64,000 nt of DNA from a bacterium (lineage in GTDB: Bacteria > RBG-13-61-14 > DATKZS01). Of the stretch, positions 1 to 8,312 are shown in pieces. Position 1 is the first letter of the stretch. Every line of letters starts with the position of its first letter. The stretch is taken from the NCBI GenBank assembly GCA_963674965.2, contig CAXXFL010000003.1, positions 416,001 through 480,000 on the forward strand, in the 5' to 3' direction. A program made the translations under genes and the position numbers. The notes under the pieces were generated by a model, which was given only the letters and a program-made list of their open reading frames with translations, was not told the origin of the DNA and searched no databases.

Positions 1-128
1 AATTGACGGTCGGATACTCGACGCGTCCGGCTTCAAGGCGAGCGGATACCGCGTCCATAAATTCCGGCCAAGTCGCGAGCGGGTCGCGCTTCACGTCCAG
101 CGTTCCCCTCATGACTGCTTGCTCGCCT

Positions 129-300
129 TTACCATGGCCACAATCCCGGCCTTGATAGCCTCGGGGAGGTCGTTCCATTTCCCGAATACACTATATCCGC
201 TGATATCTGCCCCCATGGATCATAATCAATGCGTTCATATATGTCGCCGTCTGAGTCTGTTACTATGCGAGTCGAGCCAAGATGGTCTGTATGATACCTG
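129..300 (-). pseudogene. Rhs/YD-repeat associated core fragment (remnant)
   Basis: Translation contains YHTDHLGSTRIVTDSDGDIYERIDYDPWG, the Rhs core motif. There is no upstream YD-repeat body, and similarity is lost just after YDPWG. Confidence 0.7.
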
Positions 301-350
301 CTGGCCTCTGCCACGGCTCCGCTCCAAGCGGCATTAGCTTCAGGAGGACC

Positions 351-875
351 GTGCTTGAACATACTTTCAGTTATAGAATAAATAAAATTCCAAATATAGA
401 CGGCTTATTTCTCGTATTTTACGATCAAAGTCTCTGGCATTATTCAAATCTAAAAAAGAAAACAACCCTTAGCGACAGAGAAACTATAACCAACTTCAGA
501 ATAGTTCAGTTTTTATCGGATAAAAATACCTACCAGATCATTTCAAGATTTGAAGATACTAATTTTATTGACAAAATCAACAATATCGGTAAGTATTTAG
601 ATGGGGCGAGGAAACCGATACCATTCTATATCTGGTCCGGTGGACTCGATGCTGGTTCCTTGAAGTCAATGGATACCAAGGTCATTTCATTTTCCACGAA
701 AGGTTTTATCCCCCCGACCGTGACGAGGCCGAGTTTTTATAAAATCGATTGGATATTCAATCCAAGAACCAGTAAGTTAACGGCAACTACCCTGCACTGG
801 AACATTCACGAGGAGCCTTTGCCAGACGGGAGTGACACGAAAGAAGTTGAGACCATAGTAGATTTGACGAAATGA
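351..875 (+). CDS. hypothetical protein, AT-rich (174 aa)
   Basis: AGGAGG at 342-347 precedes an in-frame GTG at 351. The frame is open to TGA 875 and is visibly more AT-rich than neighbouring genes. Confidence 0.6.
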   Translation: MLEHTFSYRINKIPNIDGLFLVFYDQSLWHYSNLKKKTTLSDRETITNFRIVQFLSDKNTYQIISRFEDTNFIDKINNIGKYLDGARKPIPFYIWSGGLDAGSLKSMDTKVISFSTKGFIPPTVTRPSFYKIDWIFNPRTSKLTATTLHWNIHEEPLPDGSDTKEVETIVDLTK

Positions 876-980
876 TCGAGTAACGAATTACCCAAGATTG
901 CGAAGAGCAAATTCGATGTTCCTACTTTCTCCTCCGGTATATACACGCCTGACATTTAGTGCTATAAAAACGCGGTGAGG

Positions 981-995
981 AAATAACGAGCGATA
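981..995. promoter_or_regulatory. imperfect copy of the AAATAACGAGCGTTATTT palindrome
   Basis: AAATAACGAGCGATA lies about 40-55 nt upstream of the acyl-CoA dehydrogenase ATG. Its first 12 nt are identical to the palindrome at 39523. Confidence 0.45.
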
Positions 996-1034
996 CGCGG
1001 CGGCCGGCCGCGAAACGACAAGGGAGGGAGCGTT

Positions 1035-2303
1035 ATGTTCGAGCTTGGCGAGCCTCATCGGATGGTGGAGAAGATGGTCAGGTCCTTTTGCGAGAAGGAG
1101 GTCGCGCCCAAGGTGGCGGCCATGGAGGACGGCGAGGTCTTGGTCTTCGAAATAATGCGGAGCATGGCCAGGGCCTTCGGTCTTCCGTCCATGATCAAAA
1201 GCCTGGAGAAGGGCCTTGACGGCAAGAAGGATAAAGGCGGCGGCCCGGGGGAGGACGCGCCCTCCCAGGTGGGCATGATGGGCATGGAGGCCGACCCCCT
1301 CGTCAGCGTGGTAATCGGCAAGGAAATCGCCCGCGTTTGCCCGTCCCTGGCCATGGCCATCACCGGCAGCGTGGGCCTGACGGGGGCGACCATCATGGCC
1401 AAGGGCACGGTGGCCCAGAAGAAGAAATACGGCCTTCCCATCCTGGCCATGGAGAAGATAGGGGCCTGGGGCATGACCGAGCCCGACTCGGGGTCGGACG
1501 CCTTTGCCCTGCGGACCATCGCCAGGCCGGTGGAGGGGGGCTACGCGCTCAACGGCCAGAAGATATTCATCACCAACGCGCCCTACGCGGACATATTCGT
1601 CATCTACGCCAAGATCGACCGGGGCCAGGCGGACAAGCGGGACAAGCGGTTCGTGTTCCCCTTTATCGTGGAGAAGGGGACCAGGGGCCTGGACGTTTCC
1701 AAGTCGGCCAAGAAGATGGGCATGAGGGGCTCGCCCAACGGCGAGGTTTTCCTGGACGACGTGTTCGTGCCGGCGGACGGGCTGCTGGGGGAGACGGAGG
1801 AAAAATCGAGCCGGGACCAGGCCAAGGAGGTTTTCGCCAGCGAGCGCTCGGGCGCGGCGGTAATGTGCTGGGGCATCATCGAGCGGTGCCTGGAGGACTC
1901 GATCAAGTACGCCATCGAGCGCGAGCAGTGGGGCCGTCCCCTGGCGGATTTCCAGCTCATCCAGGAAAAGATAGCCCGCATGTACATCCACCTCGAGAAT
2001 ACCAGGAACATCGCCTTCAAGCAGGCCTGGGCCCAGCGGGAGGGGAAGGCGACGGTCGAGGACGGCTGCGTCTCGAAATACTATTGCGCCAACGCGGCGG
2101 TGGAGGTCGCCCTTGACGCCATCCAGCTCATGGGCGGCTACGGCTACATGCGGGAGTACCACGTGGAGATGCTCATGCGGGACGCCAAGCTCATGTCCAT
2201 CGCCGGCGGCACGGACGAAATCCAGCTCCTGACCATCGCCAAGGAACTGTTCAGGAAAAGCGGCTACGACCTCACCATCTCGGGGGTGAAAAGGGACGGC
2301 TGA
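1035..2303 (+). CDS. acyl-CoA dehydrogenase
   Basis: Motifs WGMTEPDSGSD, LNGQKIFITN, KMGMRGS, REQWGRPLADFQLIQ, QLMGGYGY and GGTDEIQ; GGAGGGAG SD. Confidence 0.95.
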   Translation: MFELGEPHRMVEKMVRSFCEKEVAPKVAAMEDGEVLVFEIMRSMARAFGLPSMIKSLEKGLDGKKDKGGGPGEDAPSQVGMMGMEADPLVSVVIGKEIARVCPSLAMAITGSVGLTGATIMAKGTVAQKKKYGLPILAMEKIGAWGMTEPDSGSDAFALRTIARPVEGGYALNGQKIFITNAPYADIFVIYAKIDRGQADKRDKRFVFPFIVEKGTRGLDVSKSAKKMGMRGSPNGEVFLDDVFVPADGLLGETEEKSSRDQAKEVFASERSGAAVMCWGIIERCLEDSIKYAIEREQWGRPLADFQLIQEKIARMYIHLENTRNIAFKQAWAQREGKATVEDGCVSKYYCANAAVEVALDAIQLMGGYGYMREYHVEMLMRDAKLMSIAGGTDEIQLLTIAKELFRKSGYDLTISGVKRDG

Positions 2304-2437
2304 AAACCTCCATCATCCTGGGGCCGGACGCTCTCTCTCCCCCGTCTTGTCTTCATGGCGCTGACAACCTCGCGCCTTGACTGCTATACTATGCCTTTGT
2401 AACCAATTCGCGTTATCCATATAAACGGGAGGTACCC

Positions 2438-4027
2438 ATGAAGAAAATCAAAACCGCCGCCGTCCTTTGGCTGTTAATCCTATCCGTCCATTTCGGACTT
2501 GGCTTTGGATGCCCCTCGCCCGAGAGGGAAGGAGCGAAAACCAAAGAGACGGAAAGCCAAAAGCGGGAGGCGCGCGAGCCGGCCCGGGCTTCGGTGCTTT
2601 TCTTTAACGACGTTCATGGGCACTTAAGTCCCTTCACCATCAGCCGGGACGGCGAGACGGTCGAGGTGGGCGGCATAGCCCGCATGGCGGCCGAGATCAA
2701 GCGGATAAGGGCGGAGAATAAAAGGCGGGGCGTTCCCACCTTCCTCCTGGTCGCGGGGGACGCCCTGCAGGGAACGCCCATGTCCACCGTGTTCCAGGGC
2801 AAGCCCGATTTCGAGTGCATGAACGCCATGAAGGTGGACGCCATGACCATCGGCAACCACGAGTTCGACTTCGGCCTGGATAATTTCCTTGGCCTGCAAA
2901 AGCTGGCCGCCTTTCCCTTTTTAAGCGCCAACGTGGTCTGGAAGGACACGGGGGAGCCCATCGCCTCCCGCTCGGTTTCCCTCGAGTTGGAAAAGGGACT
3001 TTACCTGACCGTGATCGGCGTGACCACCTCCCATCTCCTGGAGACCACCAAGCCCTCGAACGTGGAAAAGCTCGCGGTCATCGAGCCTATCGCGTCCATG
3101 CGCGAGGCATACGAGGAGGCGGTGAAAAAAGGGCCGGTCATACTCCTTTCCCACTCGAGGGCCAGGACCGACGAGGCCATCGCCCGGGCGTTCCCGGACC
3201 TGGCCGCCATCATCGGCGGACACGACCAGATACTGATCAATCCCTCGAAAAAGGTGGGCGAGGTCCCGGTCTTCCAGGCCTTCGAGAAGGGCAAGTACCT
3301 GGGACGGCTGGAACTGGAGATAGACCGGGACTCGGGCCGGGCGGCGGTCGCGAGTTACGAGTACGTTCCCATCACCTCCGCCATCGAGCCCGATCCTCAG
3401 ATCGAGGGGATCGTGGAGAGCTACCGGTCCCGCCTGGACGACGAGTTCAAGGAGGTCATAGGCGAGGCCCTCGTCTTCATGGACGGCGAGCGCGAGCGGA
3501 TACGCTACGAGGAGACCAACCTGGGCGACTTCGCGACGGACGTCATGCGCGAATACACCGGCGCCGACCTTGCCCTTTTAAACGCGGGCAGCCTTCGCTC
3601 GAGCCTGGCGGCGGGGCCGATCACCGTGGAGGACGTTTTCAAGACCATGCCTTACGCCAACGAGGTCGTGATCGCCGAGCTGACGGGAGACGAGATCATG
3701 ACGGCCCTGACCCGGGCGGTCATGGGAACGCGGGAGGATGAGGACGGCGGTTTCCTGCACGTCTCGGGGATCAGTTTCGTCATCGAGGGCAAGAAGCCGA
3801 CTGAGGTCAAGTTTGGCGCATACCTGAAGCCGCTCGAGGCGGAGAAAAAGTACGCGGTGGCCATTACCGACTTCATGGCCGACGGCGGCGATGGTTACAA
3901 GGTCTTCATGGGCAAGACCTCCTACAAGACGGGCTCGCCCCTGCGGGAGTTGCTGGTTGACCGGATCAAGGCCCAGGGCAAGATCGAGGCGAAGACCGAG
4001 GGAAGGATTACTAGGGCCGAGCCTTAA
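2438..4027 (+). CDS. 5'-nucleotidase / bifunctional metallophosphatase, exported (probable lipoprotein)
   Basis: NDVHG, AGD, GNHEFD and GGHD metallophosphoesterase motifs, then a 5'-NT C-terminal domain (ETNLGD, NAGSLR, GGDGY). Signal peptide ends in GFGC. Confidence 0.9.
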   Translation: MKKIKTAAVLWLLILSVHFGLGFGCPSPEREGAKTKETESQKREAREPARASVLFFNDVHGHLSPFTISRDGETVEVGGIARMAAEIKRIRAENKRRGVPTFLLVAGDALQGTPMSTVFQGKPDFECMNAMKVDAMTIGNHEFDFGLDNFLGLQKLAAFPFLSANVVWKDTGEPIASRSVSLELEKGLYLTVIGVTTSHLLETTKPSNVEKLAVIEPIASMREAYEEAVKKGPVILLSHSRARTDEAIARAFPDLAAIIGGHDQILINPSKKVGEVPVFQAFEKGKYLGRLELEIDRDSGRAAVASYEYVPITSAIEPDPQIEGIVESYRSRLDDEFKEVIGEALVFMDGERERIRYEETNLGDFATDVMREYTGADLALLNAGSLRSSLAAGPITVEDVFKTMPYANEVVIAELTGDEIMTALTRAVMGTREDEDGGFLHVSGISFVIEGKKPTEVKFGAYLKPLEAEKKYAVAITDFMADGGDGYKVFMGKTSYKTGSPLRELLVDRIKAQGKIEAKTEGRITRAEP

Positions 4028-4028
4028 G

Positions 4029-4037
4029 TGATATAAT
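4029..4037 (+). promoter_or_regulatory. putative extended -10 promoter element
   Basis: TGATATAAT (TGn-TATAAT) about 70 nt upstream of the CoA-transferase. Confidence 0.4.
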
Positions 4038-4105
4038 TTTCTTGAACGCCTGGAGGCATTCTCCCGACGAGCCGTATAAATTCAGGCGCCGAGAAAGGAA
4101 GTTAA

Positions 4106-5815
4106 ATGGAGTTGAGTATAATCGAGAAGGCGAAGGTCCTGGCCCACATGCTCAAGTGGCGTCTCACCTGGGAGCGCCGCGACCTCGAGTACGTTCATCC
4201 CGGCGTTGACAATCCGAAATTCATGAACGCCAGGGACGCGGTCCGGCTGATCGAGGACGGCGACGTGGTGCTTTCCTGCGGCATGGCGGCCAACGCCCGC
4301 TGCTCGATATTCTACTGGGGCCTTAAGGACTACTTTTTATCCGAGGGCCATCCGCTGGGGCTGACCTGGATAGGGGTTGGGGCCATGGGCAGCCGGGGCA
4401 AGGCGCCCGGCTCTCTGGAGGAACTTAATTTTCCCGGCCCTCTCGCTCGTTACATCGGGGGTCACCTGGAGACGATCAAGGCCCAGCTTAAGCTGGCGAG
4501 CGAGGGTCATCTCGAGCTTCAGACCATGCCTCAGGGGGTGATGGCTTTTCTCTTCGAGGCCCAGGCCAGGGGGGAGGACTCGATACTCACGGACGTTGGG
4601 GTTGGAACTTTCCTCGATCCCCGCCTGGGTCCCGGGACCCAGGTGGTGCCCGGCAAGGGCGAGAACCTGGTGATCGTGGAGGGGGACCTTCTTCGGTACC
4701 GGCTGCCCAAAATAAACGTCACCATGTTCGTGGCCCCCTACGCGGACCACGAGGGAAACATTTACTTCCATAACGCGGCGACCCACACGGAGAACGTTCC
4801 CGGCGCCCGGGCGGCCAGGGCCAACGGGGGCAAGGTCCTGGTCTCGGTCTGCGACGTTATTAAAAAGGACGAGTCCAGGATCAGCCTGGCGGCGGACATG
4901 GTGGACGCCGTGGTGGTCAATCCATACAGCGAACAGACGGGCTCGGTGCCCCAGCGAAAATACTGGCCCTTGTTCACGGTCGGGGCCAACGAGGACGTCG
5001 AGAAGGAGGTGGCCAGGTTAAAGTTCGCCAACGAGGCGCTGAAGATAACTCCCGTCCGCCGCGCTCCCGAGCTGGCCATGTCCCGCGTGGCGGCTCGAGT
5101 CTTCACCCGGCTGGCGCGGCCCGGGGCGGAGGTGAATATAGGCGTGGGCCTTCCCGAGGAGGTAAGCCGCGTGATCCGGGAGGGGGGCCTCACGGACGAC
5201 GTGAACTTCGCCACCGAGACCGGCGTGTGGGGAGGGCTGCCGACGCCGGGAGTGTTCTTCGGCGCGGCCGTCAATCCCAAAAAGATGATGAGCTCGGCCC
5301 AGATATTCGAGTTCTGGAAAGACAACCTGGACGTCACCATCCTGGGCCTTCTCGAGGCCGACTCCGAGGGGAACGTGAACGTGTCCCGCCGCGGGACCGA
5401 CCCGGTGGATTTCGTGGGACCCGGCGGTTTCCCCAACCTGGTCCGCTACGCCAAGTCGATCCTTTTCGTCGGCGCCTGGATGGCCGGCGGCAAAATCGAG
5501 CTGGCCGGCGGCAAGGTGAAAATAGTCTCTCCCGGCGAGTACAAGTTCAAGGAGAGGGTCTCGGAGATAACCTTCAGCGGCAAGGTCGCCCTCGCCCAGG
5601 GCAAGACGGTGTATTACGTCACCAACGTGGGGGTTTTCCATTTGACGGAAAGGGGCATGGAACTGATCGAGATCATGCCGGGCCTGGACCCGGAAAAGGA
5701 CGTCATCGAGCCCTGCCCCATGCGGATAGTCAGACCCGAGAGCGGCGAGATCGAGGTCATCGGCGAGAACGTGGTCACGGGAAAAGGTTTCGAGCTGAAT
5801 TGGTCCGGGGACTGA
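4106..5815 (+). CDS. family I CoA-transferase, fused alpha/beta (YdiF/propionate CoA-transferase-like)
   Basis: PQG, VGVGTFLDPR, NIGVGLPE, catalytic-type ETG, GNVNVS, GPGGF, ITFSG and YVT motifs. Confidence 0.9.
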   Translation: MELSIIEKAKVLAHMLKWRLTWERRDLEYVHPGVDNPKFMNARDAVRLIEDGDVVLSCGMAANARCSIFYWGLKDYFLSEGHPLGLTWIGVGAMGSRGKAPGSLEELNFPGPLARYIGGHLETIKAQLKLASEGHLELQTMPQGVMAFLFEAQARGEDSILTDVGVGTFLDPRLGPGTQVVPGKGENLVIVEGDLLRYRLPKINVTMFVAPYADHEGNIYFHNAATHTENVPGARAARANGGKVLVSVCDVIKKDESRISLAADMVDAVVVNPYSEQTGSVPQRKYWPLFTVGANEDVEKEVARLKFANEALKITPVRRAPELAMSRVAARVFTRLARPGAEVNIGVGLPEEVSRVIREGGLTDDVNFATETGVWGGLPTPGVFFGAAVNPKKMMSSAQIFEFWKDNLDVTILGLLEADSEGNVNVSRRGTDPVDFVGPGGFPNLVRYAKSILFVGAWMAGGKIELAGGKVKIVSPGEYKFKERVSEITFSGKVALAQGKTVYYVTNVGVFHLTERGMELIEIMPGLDPEKDVIEPCPMRIVRPESGEIEVIGENVVTGKGFELNWSGD

Positions 5816-5839
5816 GCCCGGGCCTTATCTCTCGTTTTT

Positions 5840-7327
5840 TCACTCGCGCAGCAGGGGCACGAACTCGCCCAGTTTCTTTCGGACCGGGAAGTACTTGGTC
5901 TCGAGGGCGGTAAGAGAGTTCAGGACCGACCTCATTCCCCAGTAAAGGCCGCGGAAAAACCAGCGGTTCTTGGGAAAGCGCCAGACGATCTTGGCGATGA
6001 TGGAGGGCCGGAGGAAAAAGGCGCGATAGGCGTCCCTTTGAATTTTAAACAGGTCCACGCCCGTGACGTGAGTGTAAAAGGTCGTCTCGGCCCAGTAGCG
6101 CAGGTTGAAGAAATCGTATCCCGAGAAGTCGAAGTCGGGGTATGCCTCCTTGGCCATCTCGAAGAGCCCGGTCCTCGGGTATACCACCACGGTGAAGAAC
6201 CAAGCCCTGGTCAGCCTCGAGTTTACGGCGTAGTCGATGGACGCCTGCATTTCCTCGCGGGTCTCGCCGGGAAATCCGAGCATGAAGAACCCCTGGGTGA
6301 TGATGCCCTCCGCGTCGGTCCAGGCGATGACCTCCCTTAGCTTTTCCAGGTCGTTGTTTTTCCGGATTCTTTTTTGCAGGCGAGGCGACGCGGTCTCGAC
6401 GGCGTAGGTAATCGAGTAGGCCCCCGCTTTCTTCAGTTTCCGTATCAACTCGCGGTCCATCCTGTCGCCCCGCAGGCCGTTGGGGAAGGCGATCTTGATC
6501 TTGATCCCGCGTTTTACTATCTCGTCGCAGATGGCCTTGGCCCGGGGGAGGTCCAGGTTGAAGATGTCGTCGACAATGTGGATTTCCTTGACGCCGTGCT
6601 CTTTCGTCAGGTACTCGAGCTCGGCCATCACGTTCCCGATGCTTCTTTTCCTTACCTTCTTGCCGAAGATACTGTGGCAGTAAACGCACTGGAAAGGACA
6701 GGCCCGGGTGGTAAAGAGCAGTGCCCAGGGCATGGAATGCACGAAGCCGTTCATGGATATCTGGAGGCCGTATTTCCTGAAGTCGATCATGTCCCACGCG
6801 AGCATGGGCAGGGAGTCCAGGTCCTCGATGGGCTCGCGCTCGCCGGTCCTAAAAACCTCGCCGTCCTTGATAATGGCCAGGCCCGCCACGTTATCGAGCG
6901 TTCTTCCCTCCAGCCAGGCGGCTACCATTTCCTCGAAGGTTTTTTCGCCCTCCCCGATGCAGGCCGCGTCCACGTTTCCCGTCTCGAGTTCCCAGTCGTA
7001 GAAGATCGAGGCGTGAGGACCCCCTATCCAGACGGGGACGTCAGGAAATGTTTTCTTCGAGACGGCGCAAAGCTCGCGGAGTTCGTTTCCCTCGACCGAC
7101 ATGCAGGACATGCAGACCAGGTCGGGTTTGAAGGCCCGGATTCTGTCGGCCACGTCGTCGGCCGAAAGGTCGTAAAGGGCCTGCTCGACCAGTTCCACCT
7201 CGAACTGGTCGGGGAATTTTTCCCTTAAAATCGATATCAGGCTGAGAAACCCCAGGGGCTGGGCGAAACCCATCCTGACGAACCTCTTGCCGGGCCGAAT
7301 CATTATGATTCGTTTTTTTTCACTCAT
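5840..7327 (-). CDS. cobalamin-binding radical SAM enzyme
   Basis: N-terminal B12-binding domain (PLG, GGPHAS, GEGE) plus CPFQCVYC, DDIF and FMLGFPGET. Confidence 0.9.
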   Translation of the reverse strand: MSEKKRIIMIRPGKRFVRMGFAQPLGFLSLISILREKFPDQFEVELVEQALYDLSADDVADRIRAFKPDLVCMSCMSVEGNELRELCAVSKKTFPDVPVWIGGPHASIFYDWELETGNVDAACIGEGEKTFEEMVAAWLEGRTLDNVAGLAIIKDGEVFRTGEREPIEDLDSLPMLAWDMIDFRKYGLQISMNGFVHSMPWALLFTTRACPFQCVYCHSIFGKKVRKRSIGNVMAELEYLTKEHGVKEIHIVDDIFNLDLPRAKAICDEIVKRGIKIKIAFPNGLRGDRMDRELIRKLKKAGAYSITYAVETASPRLQKRIRKNNDLEKLREVIAWTDAEGIITQGFFMLGFPGETREEMQASIDYAVNSRLTRAWFFTVVVYPRTGLFEMAKEAYPDFDFSGYDFFNLRYWAETTFYTHVTGVDLFKIQRDAYRAFFLRPSIIAKIVWRFPKNRWFFRGLYWGMRSVLNSLTALETKYFPVRKKLGEFVPLLRE

Positions 7328-7472
7328 TGGAAATCATACCTCGCGGGTCGGCCTTGCCGGGCGCCGAGCGTCTGGAAGCAATAAAGGAGGCCTCGTATTC
7401 CCGGAGTTGGATTATATCACCGCGGTTGGAACGGTCAAAATTTATGCCAAAGAAAGCGGATGAAAAAAGGGC

Positions 7473-8282
7473 TTATTCGTTCCGCGTCTCGCGGCGGGCC
7501 TTGGCCGCCCTTCTTCTGGCCAGGATAAGGTTGACCGCCTGGTCCTTGACCACGGGATGCAAAAGCATGTTGTCGGCCACGTCCTCCAGGTCCTGCTCGA
7601 GAAGGAAATGCAGAAGGGAAACGGATATCTCCGTGGGCGTATAAGGATTGTTGACCAGGGCTTTTTTCACCACGTAATGATTGGACCATTTCAGGTCCTT
7701 ATAGACGGTCCTCAGTATCTCGGCGCTGGTGGGACGCTTGGAGGCGATCTTGACGACCTCCTTTATCGTGACCGCGGGGTTTTTTAAAAGGTGCTCGATA
7801 ATGACCGGGTCCTGCTCGTGGCAGAGACGGTTGATAAGGTCGCGGTCCCGCATTCTTGCCTTTTGCCTTTTTCCGCCCAGGGTCATGTCCCTGAGCATGG
7901 GATCTTCCTCGAGCTGTTCGTCCTCACCCAGCCGCCTTGCCGGAGGAACCGCCCGCATGAACCTTACCACGTCGTCGTGGCCGCGGGAACGGGCCAGGCT
8001 GTAGACCTCGCTCATGAGACCGAAGCCCAGATGCTTGGATATATGCCTGACGTTGGAGATGGTCCTGAACCCGTCCTCGTAGCGGTCGACCTTGAGTTGG
8101 GCCCGGGCCGTTATAAGCCGGAAAACCTCGAGGATGGTCTCGGCGTCGAGTCGCTTCAGCTTCGAGCCCAGGGCGTAGGAACGCTGGCGCGGATCGACTA
8201 TGCCGGAAATCCTTTGCAGGAGTCGCTCGGTGATCTCGATTATCTCGGGCGAAAAGTCGTTTTCATCTTCCCCGGAAGACAT
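7473..8282 (-). CDS. conserved hypothetical helical-repeat protein
   Basis: Repeated LLKNP/LVNNPYTP motifs typical of LRV/HEAT-like repeats; co-oriented with flanking genes. Confidence 0.75.
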   Translation of the reverse strand: MSSGEDENDFSPEIIEITERLLQRISGIVDPRQRSYALGSKLKRLDAETILEVFRLITARAQLKVDRYEDGFRTISNVRHISKHLGFGLMSEVYSLARSRGHDDVVRFMRAVPPARRLGEDEQLEEDPMLRDMTLGGKRQKARMRDRDLINRLCHEQDPVIIEHLLKNPAVTIKEVVKIASKRPTSAEILRTVYKDLKWSNHYVVKKALVNNPYTPTEISVSLLHFLLEQDLEDVADNMLLHPVVKDQAVNLILARRRAAKARRETRNE

Positions 8283-8312
8283 GGCGCGAGAGTTTAGGGA
8301 AACGGCGCGGGG

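Noticed and set aside
888-2162. 424-aa minus-strand ORF and many similar long antisense or alternate-frame ORFs (e.g. 8740-9834, 10391-11866, 22041-23393, 41176-42441, 57911-59182)
   Set aside because: They are shadows of well-supported genes in GC-rich DNA, with no motifs and skewed composition.
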